52,958 nucleotides of DNA, from IMG/VR virus record IMGVR_UViG_3300032241_000243, positions 1 through 52,958 of that record; one strand, written 5' to 3'. Positions 17,186-26,091 of the stretch are shown in pieces; the first letter of the stretch is position 1; each line of letters starts with the position of its first letter. The position numbers were made by a program, and so were the translations under genes. Source of the stretch: a virus (lineage: Duplodnaviria > Caudoviricetes). Below the pieces are notes generated by a model. That model saw nothing but the letters and a program-made list of their open reading frames with translations, had not been told where the DNA came from and searched no databases.

Positions 17186-19188
17186 CACTTTGCCTCTCCC
17201 CACTTATCTACAATCTTTACATCTGCTATAAGAGGAACTGTAATCTGTGGGAAGGAGATACCCTCCATAGACACGCGGATGGCTTCCGCTGCTTCCTCTG
17301 CTAGGTGCTCAGGGGTAACAGTAACGATTTCATCGTGGATAGTCAACAGGACGTTCACCTCTGGCTCTTCTACAAAACAGGAGTGGGCACGTACCAGTGC
17401 TAGTTTCATAATGTCTGCTGCTGATCCCTGGATAACAGTGTTGAAAGCCTGTCGTTCGCCCCTAGACTTTAAGCCTTGTTCCTTGCTCATCAGTTCTGGA
17501 AGATAACGGCGTCGTCCCATAAGGGTTTCAACATAAGGCATTGGCCTCTTTTGTTCTGCCATACGGATTACTTTTGCCTTGTATTTGGCAATGTTTGAGA
17601 ACTTATCTGAGAAGTTATTGAGGAGGTCTTTAGCCTCTTTAATAGAGCAACCGATCTGGGAAGCGATCTTGTCAGGTCCGACTCCGTATGCAATAGAGAG
17701 AACCAACACCTTACCAGCCTTACGATTCACGCCCATTGTGTCACCGATAGTGGTGTAGATGTCACCGCCAGTTAGGTAGTTGTCCACCATAATCGGGTCA
17801 TTAGATAGGGCAGCAATGATGCGTGGCTCAATTTGAGAGTAGTCGGCTACTACTAACTTGTACCCTTCAGGAGCAATAAACAAGTTACGGATCAACTTGC
17901 CGTAATCACCACCACTTGGGATGTTCTGAAGATTTGGTTCTGAAGATGAGAATCGACCAGTCTCTGCACCATGAGCCTTAAAGTTGGTGTGTACCTTTCC
18001 ATCAATAAGAAGGCTCTTCTTATCTACAATCTTGGATTTACCAGAAGTTGTTCGAGTCACTTCTCCACCCAGATAAGGCATCACATAGGTAGTCATTAAC
18101 TTATTAAGGTCTTGGTACTCCAAGATAGCGTCTACCAGATCGTCTTTACCACGATAGAACTCAAGTGCGTCTGAAGAGACGGAGTAATGCTCAATACTGA
18201 TCTTAGAAGGATCGTTGTAAAGTAACTCTTGGCCTTTAGGTGTAAGCGCAATCTTGAGTTTAATGTTTGGTTTTATACCTCTGCCACCTTCTTCTTTAGG
18301 ACCAAACAACCACTTCTGCTTTTCTGCGATGGAGTTAAGAGAGAAAGCCTCCCCTGTAATCTTCCATGCTTTAGCCTTGGCTACCTCTAAGTCCTTGTCA
18401 ATGCGAACTTTGAGTTGTGTAAGTTCCTCAACATCCAGCGTCGCTCCAGACAACTCCATGTCACACAGCGCTGCTACTACACCCATCTCTAACTGCCATA
18501 CAGCCTTAAGGTTTCCCTCTAACTGTGGGGCTAACTTCTTGTACAACTGCCATGTAACATCAGCGTCAATGCCAGAGTACTTAGCCACGTCCTCAAAGGA
18601 GTGAACCTCTACTTGAGCACCCACACCTTTTTCAACAACGATACCAAGTTCACGCTTGGAACAGTCAGCAAGACCAAGTCCTAGTCGGTTGCGGTTATCA
18701 ATGATGAAAGATGCCATCAAAGTATCAAAGAAAGGTTTGTTAGGAACAACGCCTCTGTAGTACTTAGCAATTGACTTTAAATCAAACTTAACGTTGTGAC
18801 CAATCTTTAACTTATCACTAAAGAACAACGGCTTAAGAGCCTTGAACACTTCCCCTGGAAGAAGTTGCTTAGGTGCTGGACCAAACACTGGTCTCCAGTT
18901 TGCTTTGTTTTTTGAGTAATCTGCATCAGTTAAAGGCTTGCCTTTTTCTAACTTAGCAAGTCCACTTTTAAGAATGTCTTTGTCCCAGTGTAGGAACTCC
19001 CCGTTTGGGTGTCCCATAGGGATGACGTCTACGCGTCCTTCAGTTGCTAACGAGATCCAAAGTACATCGTTAACTACTGGTTGTATTCGGTTTTCACCGA
19101 CTGTCTCTACGTCAAAGGCAAACGCTTCGACCTTTAAATAATACTTAACTAGATCTTCTAGTTGCTCTTGCGTTGTGATGATGTTCAT
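17185..19188 (-). CDS. polA: Family A DNA polymerase (3'-5' exonuclease + polymerase, no 5'-3' exonuclease)
   Basis: AFDVET, GHNVKFD, YSGIDA, TGRFSSSEPNLQNIP, ADYSQIEPR (motif A), RKAGKVLVLSIAYG (motif B), NTVIQGSAAD, IHDE (motif C). Confidence 0.96.
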   Translation of the reverse strand: MNIITTQEQLEDLVKYYLKVEAFAFDVETVGENRIQPVVNDVLWISLATEGRVDVIPMGHPNGEFLHWDKDILKSGLAKLEKGKPLTDADYSKNKANWRPVFGPAPKQLLPGEVFKALKPLFFSDKLKIGHNVKFDLKSIAKYYRGVVPNKPFFDTLMASFIIDNRNRLGLGLADCSKRELGIVVEKGVGAQVEVHSFEDVAKYSGIDADVTWQLYKKLAPQLEGNLKAVWQLEMGVVAALCDMELSGATLDVEELTQLKVRIDKDLEVAKAKAWKITGEAFSLNSIAEKQKWLFGPKEEGGRGIKPNIKLKIALTPKGQELLYNDPSKISIEHYSVSSDALEFYRGKDDLVDAILEYQDLNKLMTTYVMPYLGGEVTRTTSGKSKIVDKKSLLIDGKVHTNFKAHGAETGRFSSSEPNLQNIPSGGDYGKLIRNLFIAPEGYKLVVADYSQIEPRIIAALSNDPIMVDNYLTGGDIYTTIGDTMGVNRKAGKVLVLSIAYGVGPDKIASQIGCSIKEAKDLLNNFSDKFSNIAKYKAKVIRMAEQKRPMPYVETLMGRRRYLPELMSKEQGLKSRGERQAFNTVIQGSAADIMKLALVRAHSCFVEEPEVNVLLTIHDEIVTVTPEHLAEEAAEAIRVSMEGISFPQITVPLIADVKIVDKWGEAK

Positions 19189-19208
19189 TTACTACCCCCG
19201 TTGTTGTG

Positions 19209-19259
19209 TGTAGTAGGACTGTGGAGTCTGGAGGATGTCATTACCACAGTCCCACTACA
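19209..19259 (-). promoter_or_regulatory. 16-bp stem-loop between the SSB and polymerase genes
   Basis: - strand TGTAGTGGGACTGTGG-N19-CCACAGTCCTACTACA, with one G-U pair. Confidence 0.7.
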
Positions 19260-19271
19260 AGTTGTTGGAAC

Positions 19272-19928
19272 TTATCCTGCTGCGCGAGCGATGCCAATTA
19301 GTTCAGAGCGGGGGGTCTCACGAACTACTTGTTCTGCTGTGTAAGGAACTGCAGATGCTACAAGCGCATTGACAGTGTCGAGATCCAACTTCCATTCCTC
19401 AGCAAGGTCGCGACCACGCACGTACGTTAGGTTGTACTGTGTTGTTGGTCCCATACCTGTGCGGGAAATTTCCCAGAACTCTCGTACGAGAGGTCCTTTG
19501 CGCTCATCCTTGTTCGCTGCTGCGATCTGACGAGCGAAGACTGGCGGTACAGTAAGAACTTGTACGGTCTGCTCTGCGCCACTAAGGACGAGAATGTTCC
19601 ATGAGAACTTACCGCGTGGCTTATCTCCCAAGATGTTACAAAGTGGGCACTCGTCTCCGATGCAAACAAAAGACTTGCGTCCTTGACGCTCGATCCAGTG
19701 TTGCTCGTAAACTGCGAATGGTCCATCTTCGAGGAACTTAATGAGAACAGGTTCTTCACTGAACTTGAAGTCTGTTGGATAAGCAGTTGTTTCAGGCTTA
19801 ATGAGATCGTCTAATGCGTCCCATCCACCCTTAACAGTTGATGATGATTGAGGTGCAGAGACCTCTTCGGTTGCTTCAATGTCAGCAGAATATTCTGCTG
19901 CTTGAAACTTAGGTTGTGTAATTGGCAT
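19272..19928 (-). CDS. Single-stranded DNA-binding protein, gp32-like; start moved to MPITQP
   Basis: IKFLED.PF..Y.QHW...SFVC..D.CPLC, ISRTG.G..TQY; adjacent to the polymerase. Confidence 0.7.
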   Translation of the reverse strand: MPITQPKFQAAEYSADIEATEEVSAPQSSSTVKGGWDALDDLIKPETTAYPTDFKFSEEPVLIKFLEDGPFAVYEQHWIERQGRKSFVCIGDECPLCNILGDKPRGKFSWNILVLSGAEQTVQVLTVPPVFARQIAAANKDERKGPLVREFWEISRTGMGPTTQYNLTYVRGRDLAEEWKLDLDTVNALVASAVPYTAEQVVRETPRSELIGIARAAG

Positions 19929-19988
19929 GATTGTCTTTTCTGTAGTTTGGCAATGAGTACTGCATAGACTGTTGTGCAAAGACCTTGT

Positions 19989-20471
19989 CTATGTCGGACT
20001 CTCGGTTGTTGTGATGCTCTTCCATCGGCGGATTAGCGCTTCTGTTAGATCATCGTGGATGCTCCACTCTACACGAGCAGAGCCTAGAAGTCCACGCACT
20101 GAGAACTCCTCAATGGCAGATTCTATAAGCGCTCTGGTATACACCCGATTTCCCCCAGTCTTAGACCCATTAAGAGTCTTTGACCGAAGTCTATACGGGG
20201 CACGTGGGATGTACCCTTTGCGCTCCCATAGGCGAATAGTGACAATTGTCTTTTCTAAAGCGTGCGCTAACGCACCTATAGTAAAAACTTCTGTTTCTAC
20301 TCCACCTAATGACTTAATGATTGGGTTTTCATCCCAACCATTGCTCTCACCTTTTTTACGGCGAGAAACCTTTGGATCTGGTTCCCTACGCTTTTTCTTC
20401 TTAGAACCTGGAAGGTATTCCAAGTCAGAGAATGAAGCAAGGATCTCATCGTCCCCACGTAAACCTGGCAT
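19989..20471 (-). CDS. MerR-like HTH DNA-binding protein
   Basis: FTIGALAHALEKTIVTIRLWERKGYIP...NRVYT. Confidence 0.8.
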   Translation of the reverse strand: MPGLRGDDEILASFSDLEYLPGSKKKKRREPDPKVSRRKKGESNGWDENPIIKSLGGVETEVFTIGALAHALEKTIVTIRLWERKGYIPRAPYRLRSKTLNGSKTGGNRVYTRALIESAIEEFSVRGLLGSARVEWSIHDDLTEALIRRWKSITTTESPT

Positions 20472-20474
20472 CAG

Positions 20475-20915
20475 TTACTTCTTATTAAGAACTATAGCCC
20501 AAGTAACAACTTGTGGATAAATACTATCAACTTCTTCTTCACTAAGTTCTGCGCTGTACATGGCAGCCATGAGTGCGTCTTCATCTACAACTCGAATGGT
20601 CTTATACAACTTATCTTCTAAACCTTTTTCAGCAATCAGTTGCTCTGCAAGTGTTTCATCGATCTTGCGCTTTACTCTGCGTTGCTTTTTAAAAGATCTA
20701 ACACCATCAATAGGCTCTTTAAGTTCAAGGATGATGTGACCTTCGCTGTCTACTTCACCTTCAACATCAATCTTACTAAAGATTTTTTCTTTAAGGTCTT
20801 TGTGCTTATCTTCAAAGTAGTCTAGTTGCTTCTTAACAAAAACAAACTCTTTGGCTTGTGCAATAAACTCGTCTTCAGTTACATTTCTTGGTTCACTAGG
20901 TTGTACTCGCGCCAT
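20475..20915 (-). CDS. Hypothetical protein with an N-terminal coiled coil
   Basis: 146 aa; AAGGAGG RBS. Confidence 0.7.
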   Translation of the reverse strand: MARVQPSEPRNVTEDEFIAQAKEFVFVKKQLDYFEDKHKDLKEKIFSKIDVEGEVDSEGHIILELKEPIDGVRSFKKQRRVKRKIDETLAEQLIAEKGLEDKLYKTIRVVDEDALMAAMYSAELSEEEVDSIYPQVVTWAIVLNKK

Positions 20916-20924
20916 GGTTCCTCC

Positions 20925-22466
20925 TTATGGCCTATTATTTGTAAGGAATCCTATAAGAGATCCCACTGTCAAGTCAACTCCACCTTTGGCATTGATTCCC
21001 TCTCCATCTAGTACAGCATCTGCTACCGCGTTCTTTTGAGCCAACAGGTCGTACTGCCGTTCTTCGATAGAGTTTTGTACCAAGATGTCTTGGATAATCA
21101 CTGTAGGCCAACGACTAGACGCACGTTTAATGCGCCCGTTTCGCTGGACTGACAGCCCCGCACTCCAAGGTAAGTCATAGTTTACTAATAGGTTTGCGTT
21201 TGGCAAATCTACACCATAACCCCCTGCATCAGAGGAAATGAAGACACGACACTCTGGGTCATTAAGAAACTTTTCTTTGCTGGACTCTTTTTGCTTTGCG
21301 TCCATTTGTCCTGTGTAAACAGTTCCGCCAACCGTCTCTTGGATCAGACGAACCATACCTACCCATGAGGTAAACACAACTACCTTGGCGTCTGGGTCAG
21401 TCTCTAAATGGTCCTGGACATACTGCTTAAGAGTGTCTAACTTATGGGATTTAGTCGAAGTAAAAAAGTCTCGGTCTTTTAAACTGTAACAATAACTACT
21501 GCCTTCTCCAAGTTCCTCTTCAAATTTTTTTGCAGAATCAAGTAGCAATGACGGATGATCACACAGCATTCTGAGGGCAGTGATCTTAGACATTATAGAC
21601 CCACGTAACGCATCTGCTGGTCCACCATGTTGGTTTTCTTGCCCGTAGTGTGCCATCAAAGAAAAACTAGCACCAAGAAGTTGTTGTGCTTCGTACAGTT
21701 CCTGCTGTAACTCTTCAGCAATATAGTTGTACAAATTTTTATTATCTTTATCAAACTTAACGTAAACAGGTTCACGGTGTATGGTGTCAGGTAAGTAAGG
21801 TGCAACATCTGGATCACTTTGAGTTTTTCTTACAGAGGCTGTTTTAACTCTTTCATGAAATAACGGTAGGTTCCTGTAGCGTTGTACACCACCAAAATGA
21901 TTTCGCACGATAAACGTCTGATCAAATAAATCAAATCTTCCAAGCAATGACGGATCTACAAACTGAAAAATAGAGTACAGTTCTTCAGGGCGACCGTTCT
22001 CAATAGGTGTACCAGTCAGCGCAAACCTAACTTCTACATTCTTAGATAACTGTTTGACCTTCTTGGACCGTTGGGAACGGAAGCCCTTTATCGCTGTTGC
22101 TTCATCGCAAACGATTGCGTCCCACTCAATTTTACTTACTGTATCCCAGTCATTAACAACAGCCTCATAGTTACATATAATGTATTTAGTGTCTGATAGC
22201 CACTGCTTCTCACGTGCGGTTTTAGAACCATCAACTACTGTCGAAGTTGAGTCAGAGAACTTTGTTATCTCTTTTTGCCATTGATACTTGAGGCTTGACA
22301 GCGCAATGACAAGAACCTTACCTTCAAGTTGTAAGTTCTCTAAAGCAGCGATGGTCATGACAGTCTTGCCAGTACCCATCTCAAAGGCTACAAGCATCTG
22401 CTTACGTTCTACCATTTTGTCAACTGACTCGACTTGGTAGGGCTTCAGTGTTCCTTTAAACGTCAT
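20925..22466 (-). CDS. SNF2-family (SF2) helicase
   Basis: LKPYQ, EMGTGKT, VCDEAT, LTGTPIEN, SSDAGGYGVDL, YDLPW, QRNGRIKR. Confidence 0.93.
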   Translation of the reverse strand: MTFKGTLKPYQVESVDKMVERKQMLVAFEMGTGKTVMTIAALENLQLEGKVLVIALSSLKYQWQKEITKFSDSTSTVVDGSKTAREKQWLSDTKYIICNYEAVVNDWDTVSKIEWDAIVCDEATAIKGFRSQRSKKVKQLSKNVEVRFALTGTPIENGRPEELYSIFQFVDPSLLGRFDLFDQTFIVRNHFGGVQRYRNLPLFHERVKTASVRKTQSDPDVAPYLPDTIHREPVYVKFDKDNKNLYNYIAEELQQELYEAQQLLGASFSLMAHYGQENQHGGPADALRGSIMSKITALRMLCDHPSLLLDSAKKFEEELGEGSSYCYSLKDRDFFTSTKSHKLDTLKQYVQDHLETDPDAKVVVFTSWVGMVRLIQETVGGTVYTGQMDAKQKESSKEKFLNDPECRVFISSDAGGYGVDLPNANLLVNYDLPWSAGLSVQRNGRIKRASSRWPTVIIQDILVQNSIEERQYDLLAQKNAVADAVLDGEGINAKGGVDLTVGSLIGFLTNNRP

Positions 22467-22966
22467 TGGTTTAAGTAAGTAATCATTTTGTTAAGTAACT
22501 CCGTATCATCTTTTAGTTCTCCCAATATTAAATTGCATCTAGTGCACAGTAATCCCCTGAAACATTTACCACAATGTTTAACAGTACCTGGACAGCAGGT
22601 ATGGTCATGATCTACAGCAAAGTTTTTACGTTGATGTCCTGGAGTTTTTGTTCCACAGATCTTACATCCTCCGCCTTGCTCTTTAAGAATGCGTTCATAG
22701 TCATCAATTGTTAACCCTTTGTATTTAAGTGATCGTTTTCTACTGCGATCAGGGCTATTTACCGAATGCCAGTGTCTACGGCAGGCTCCTGTCGGACCTG
22801 CTTTTGTTGAACAGTTTTCTACTAAACATGTTCCCCAAGAATCAGGTAACTTTTGAGCAGGACCTAGTTCACCTTTTGTTCTTAAACGAGTGTAATGCAT
22901 TAGGCAATAACTTTTTACAATACGTTTAGAGTTACCTGTACAACCTTCTATTGAGCATTTATTCAT
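22463..22966 (-). CDS. Endonuclease VII-family nuclease, probably a free-standing homing endonuclease
   Basis: CKICG...AVDHDH.CC....CGKC.RGLLC.RCN; two N-terminal C...GC/NC...C..H repeats; leaderless ATG at 22966. Confidence 0.85.
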   Translation of the reverse strand: MNKCSIEGCTGNSKRIVKSYCLMHYTRLRTKGELGPAQKLPDSWGTCLVENCSTKAGPTGACRRHWHSVNSPDRSRKRSLKYKGLTIDDYERILKEQGGGCKICGTKTPGHQRKNFAVDHDHTCCPGTVKHCGKCFRGLLCTRCNLILGELKDDTELLNKMITYLNQ

Positions 22967-22972
22967 AACTGT

Positions 22973-22978
22973 AGGGTA
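22973..22978 (-). promoter_or_regulatory. Putative -10 (TACCCT) of a leaderless transcript
   Basis: 6 nt before the ATG at 22966; no SD. Confidence 0.55.
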
Positions 22979-22999
22979 GCACATTAAACGCCACAGTTG

Positions 23000-23182
23000 T
23001 TAACTATACCAACGGTCTTCGGGAAGCGGGGTAGGGGCGGTGGCTAAACTGCCACATAGCGCACACTCCATATCCAACATGTACAAAGAGATCTCTCCGT
23101 CTTCAAACATGGCTTTAACATTCCACAGTGTGGAACCACAGATGCACACCTCTAATGGGCGGTCTTTATCTCTTAAGTCCAT
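23000..23182 (-). CDS. Small Zn-ribbon protein
   Basis: CICGS...ECALCGS..TAPTP. Confidence 0.7.
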   Translation of the reverse strand: MDLRDKDRPLEVCICGSTLWNVKAMFEDGEISLYMLDMECALCGSLATAPTPLPEDRWYS

Positions 23183-24111
23183 GTGTATGCAGCCTTACCT
23201 TCCACCATGTGACGAGCGTGCTTGATGCCCCAGTGTATCTGCTCTTCGGTCATATCGCCAATGTCCTTGACATCTATGCCGTTGTAGTTAAAGAACATGA
23301 GATTAAGTCCATAGGTATGAGCAAACTTTACAATCTCCTCAGAGGCTTTACGCCCTGCCTCGTCCTTGTCGTATGCCGCCATCACTGTCTTAGCGTTACG
23401 AAGGATCTTTGCCTGCGTATCGCTGAGTGCTGCTCCATAAGGGGATACCGCTCCTGTGTACCCTACGGTTTCTAGACGAACAACATCAAGGGGCGATTCA
23501 ACAACAATGACCGTATCAGTGCTCATGTTCTGTACATTGAACAGGGTCTTAGACTTCTTTACCCCTCCTGGCTGGTTCTTGAAGAACCTTCCTTGGGCGC
23601 CCTTCTCCTGCCATCCCCAGAGGTTGTAGTTCTCAGGACTACGGATAGGGAGAATCCATGCAGATGTCTTGGGATCCCAAAGAACACCGCAGGCACGAGC
23701 CGACTCAAGGGTAATAAAACGCTTCCTCAGATCCATTTCAGGAGGGTCAGTAAAGACCGCTAAACGTGCTTCTGACATCTCCAGAGGCTCTTCTGGTACT
23801 TGGTACACGGGAAGATCTCTAAGACGGGCTAGAAGGTAATCAGCCGTCGATTCCTTCTGCTCGTTGACGAACTCTTGAGCATCAAAGTAATCCATGCCTT
23901 TGAGGTCTCTAACAAGAGTAAAGATGTTTCCCTTGTAACCGCACGAGAAGCAAAGGTGCATGCCGTTAGTTGTGTTGAACCACCATGAGGGGTGGTTGTC
24001 GTCTTTACCTGTGCGAGCCTTATGCATAGGGCATAGGCCTTCAAGTTCTACCCCACGCTGAGAAGTGAACTTGAGGTCTAGACCTACAATAACCTTCTCG
24101 TAATCAATCAT
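23173..24111 (-). CDS. dnaG: DNA primase (CHC2 Zn finger + TOPRIM)
   Basis: LCPMH...D..PS...CFSCG.KGN; VVESPLD; AYDKDEAG; KDIGDM; ATG at 24111 overlaps the helicase stop. Confidence 0.9.
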   Translation of the reverse strand: MIDYEKVIVGLDLKFTSQRGVELEGLCPMHKARTGKDDNHPSWWFNTTNGMHLCFSCGYKGNIFTLVRDLKGMDYFDAQEFVNEQKESTADYLLARLRDLPVYQVPEEPLEMSEARLAVFTDPPEMDLRKRFITLESARACGVLWDPKTSAWILPIRSPENYNLWGWQEKGAQGRFFKNQPGGVKKSKTLFNVQNMSTDTVIVVESPLDVVRLETVGYTGAVSPYGAALSDTQAKILRNAKTVMAAYDKDEAGRKASEEIVKFAHTYGLNLMFFNYNGIDVKDIGDMTEEQIHWGIKHARHMVEGKAAYTWT

Positions 24112-25367
24112 GGTCGGTTTAACATCCAAGAAGCACAGTAAGTACATTTAGTTGTCTCAGACTCATCGTGAAAGCAACCTGTTTCCCACAACCATGTAAT
24201 AGAAGTCTCTGTAGGTGGGCAGTTACGGCTTGCTACTACGCGCAACTTACGCACCTCTTCATCTTCTTCTACTGGTTCTAAGCCTAGGATTACGTCTGAG
24301 TCTTGGAAGAAAGATGATGAGTAACCGATAGAGTCTGCAGTCACTTTGCCACCACGCATCTTCCATAGGAGAGTCTGTGTGGTGATGATTATAGGCTTGT
24401 CAATACGCTGCGCTAAACGCTTGAGTGCGCGGGTGATGTTTGTAATTGCTTGGGGAGTGTTCATCTCTCCAGAAACCTCATCCAACATCAAATACACACC
24501 ATCTACAAAAACTACATCAGGATTAGTCTGCTGGATCTTTGCCGATAGAGCAGAGACAGTAAGACCGTTCACAGCATCTACTAGATGAAAAGACTGCATT
24601 TGTTCCATGCGGTCTAGCATGTCTGTAAAGCGTTTGTCCTCTGCTGAAGTCAACTTACCTCGACGCAAACGAGTGTGTGAGATATTTGACCTAATAGAAT
24701 CATGGCGTTGTTGCTGTTCCTTGTTGTTCATCTCAAAAGATTGAAACATGGGAACTTTACCTTGCTCGTGAACATTGATAGCCATCTTCAATGCAATCTG
24801 AGATTTACCTGTTTTTGGTGGAGCAATGATAGTGATCAATTGACCACCTTGTAATCCAGCAGTTGCTTCATCGATCTTTTCAAATCCAGTTGGAACACCT
24901 AGGAACTCTTCGTTCTGTAACTTCAAGTATTCTTTGTAACGTTCTTCGGTGTCTTTACTTAGGTCTAACTCATGTGTACCTAATACACCTTGATCGTTTA
25001 CAAGGGTGATGGTCTTTTCCATCTGGATGAGGGCGCCATCGTATTCACCGATGCGAATCTGCTCTACAGACGCTTCCAAGCCATTACGAGTGATCATCTC
25101 CTTACGGAGTGCGACCATCTTGTCGAGGATGTACTCGACGTTATCAGCAATCTTGTCTTCTTCTAAGACTACATAGTTTGGGTAATTATCAGCGATAACA
25201 ACCTCTGAAGGTATCTCGTTGTAATCAGCGTAATGCTGTACAACTAGTTCCCATACCTTTCGGTTATCGGGATCTAAGAACCACGCTGCGTTTACTTTGC
25301 GCTGTAGTGCTGGAACGATGTTACGTTCGCGAATGATCTTACTTATTAAGCGTTGTTCGTTGTCCAC
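24108..25367 (-). CDS. dnaB: DnaB-like replicative helicase
   Basis: GVPTGFEKID..T.GLQ.GQL, APPKTGKS, SFEM, VFVDGVYLM, LKRLA, QDSDVIL; GTG start at 25367. Confidence 0.92.
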   Translation of the reverse strand: MDNEQRLISKIIRERNIVPALQRKVNAAWFLDPDNRKVWELVVQHYADYNEIPSEVVIADNYPNYVVLEEDKIADNVEYILDKMVALRKEMITRNGLEASVEQIRIGEYDGALIQMEKTITLVNDQGVLGTHELDLSKDTEERYKEYLKLQNEEFLGVPTGFEKIDEATAGLQGGQLITIIAPPKTGKSQIALKMAINVHEQGKVPMFQSFEMNNKEQQQRHDSIRSNISHTRLRRGKLTSAEDKRFTDMLDRMEQMQSFHLVDAVNGLTVSALSAKIQQTNPDVVFVDGVYLMLDEVSGEMNTPQAITNITRALKRLAQRIDKPIIITTQTLLWKMRGGKVTADSIGYSSSFFQDSDVILGLEPVEEDEEVRKLRVVASRNCPPTETSITWLWETGCFHDESETTKCTYCASWMLNRP

Positions 25368-25378
25368 GTCTGCCCCTC

Positions 25379-25795
25379 TTACAAATTGTTTAGTTCTACG
25401 CCCCACGATCCATATCGAGCCACTCTACCAGGAATGTCTATGACGCCCTTAAAGTTTGCCCTGTATGGTAAATCATCTATGAAGTTCTCTATATCTGGAT
25501 AGAGTTCTGCATAGTTAAACGGATTAGCACCTCTGCGGTCTAGCCTCTCCATAAAATTATCTAAGTGTTCTTGTGTCCAAAGACCGTCTGCATACGCAGC
25601 AAGTTCAATCGACAACCCAAACTTATTACCCAAGTTCCACAAGTGACTCAAGGCCGCTGGGTTTAACTTTGTTATCTTTTTCTCTTCAGTTGTCCTGAGT
25701 AGTTTTTTCGACTCCACCATTTCGCTACTAGCCACAACGTCAATATGGACAATAATACGAGGAGGCGTTTCGTTCGAGATGTCACCATTTTTCAT
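25379..25795 (-). CDS. Hypothetical protein, possibly a degenerate HAD-like fold
   Basis: RIIVHIDVV...; 138 aa. Confidence 0.6.
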   Translation of the reverse strand: MKNGDISNETPPRIIVHIDVVASSEMVESKKLLRTTEEKKITKLNPAALSHLWNLGNKFGLSIELAAYADGLWTQEHLDNFMERLDRRGANPFNYAELYPDIENFIDDLPYRANFKGVIDIPGRVARYGSWGVELNNL

Positions 25796-26091
25796 AGTAC
25801 CTCTATGGTGTTGTACTTGATGATGAGATCTCTAAACTTCTTTGGATCTTCAAATGCTTCTTCAAGTTCTTCTTCGGGAACTTCTGTGGGGATACTAATA
25901 AAGTAACTACCCTTGTTGTTCTTACCTTTTTGGTTAATAAAACGAACATGCTTGCATGATCCGTCCTTAGCCCACACAGGACAGTTACAACGCAAGTCTT
26001 TGGTGTCGGTATCTACTTCAACTTCAAAGACACCAGCGCCACCAGCAGAGATGAACACTTGAATAGTGCGCCATGTAGTCACTGCGTTCAT
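25792..26091 (-). CDS. SWIM-type Zn-finger protein
   Basis: LRCNCP......CKHV. Confidence 0.8.
   Translation of the reverse strand: MNAVTTWRTIQVFISAGGAGVFEVEVDTDTKDLRCNCPVWAKDGSCKHVRFINQKGKNNKGSYFISIPTEVPEEELEEAFEDPKKFRDLIIKYNTIEVL

Noticed and set aside
255-25367. Inteins or introns in nrdJ, recA, polA, SNF2 or dnaB
   Set aside because: Protein lengths are normal, motifs are contiguous, and no intein N/C-terminal or LAGLIDADG signatures were seen.
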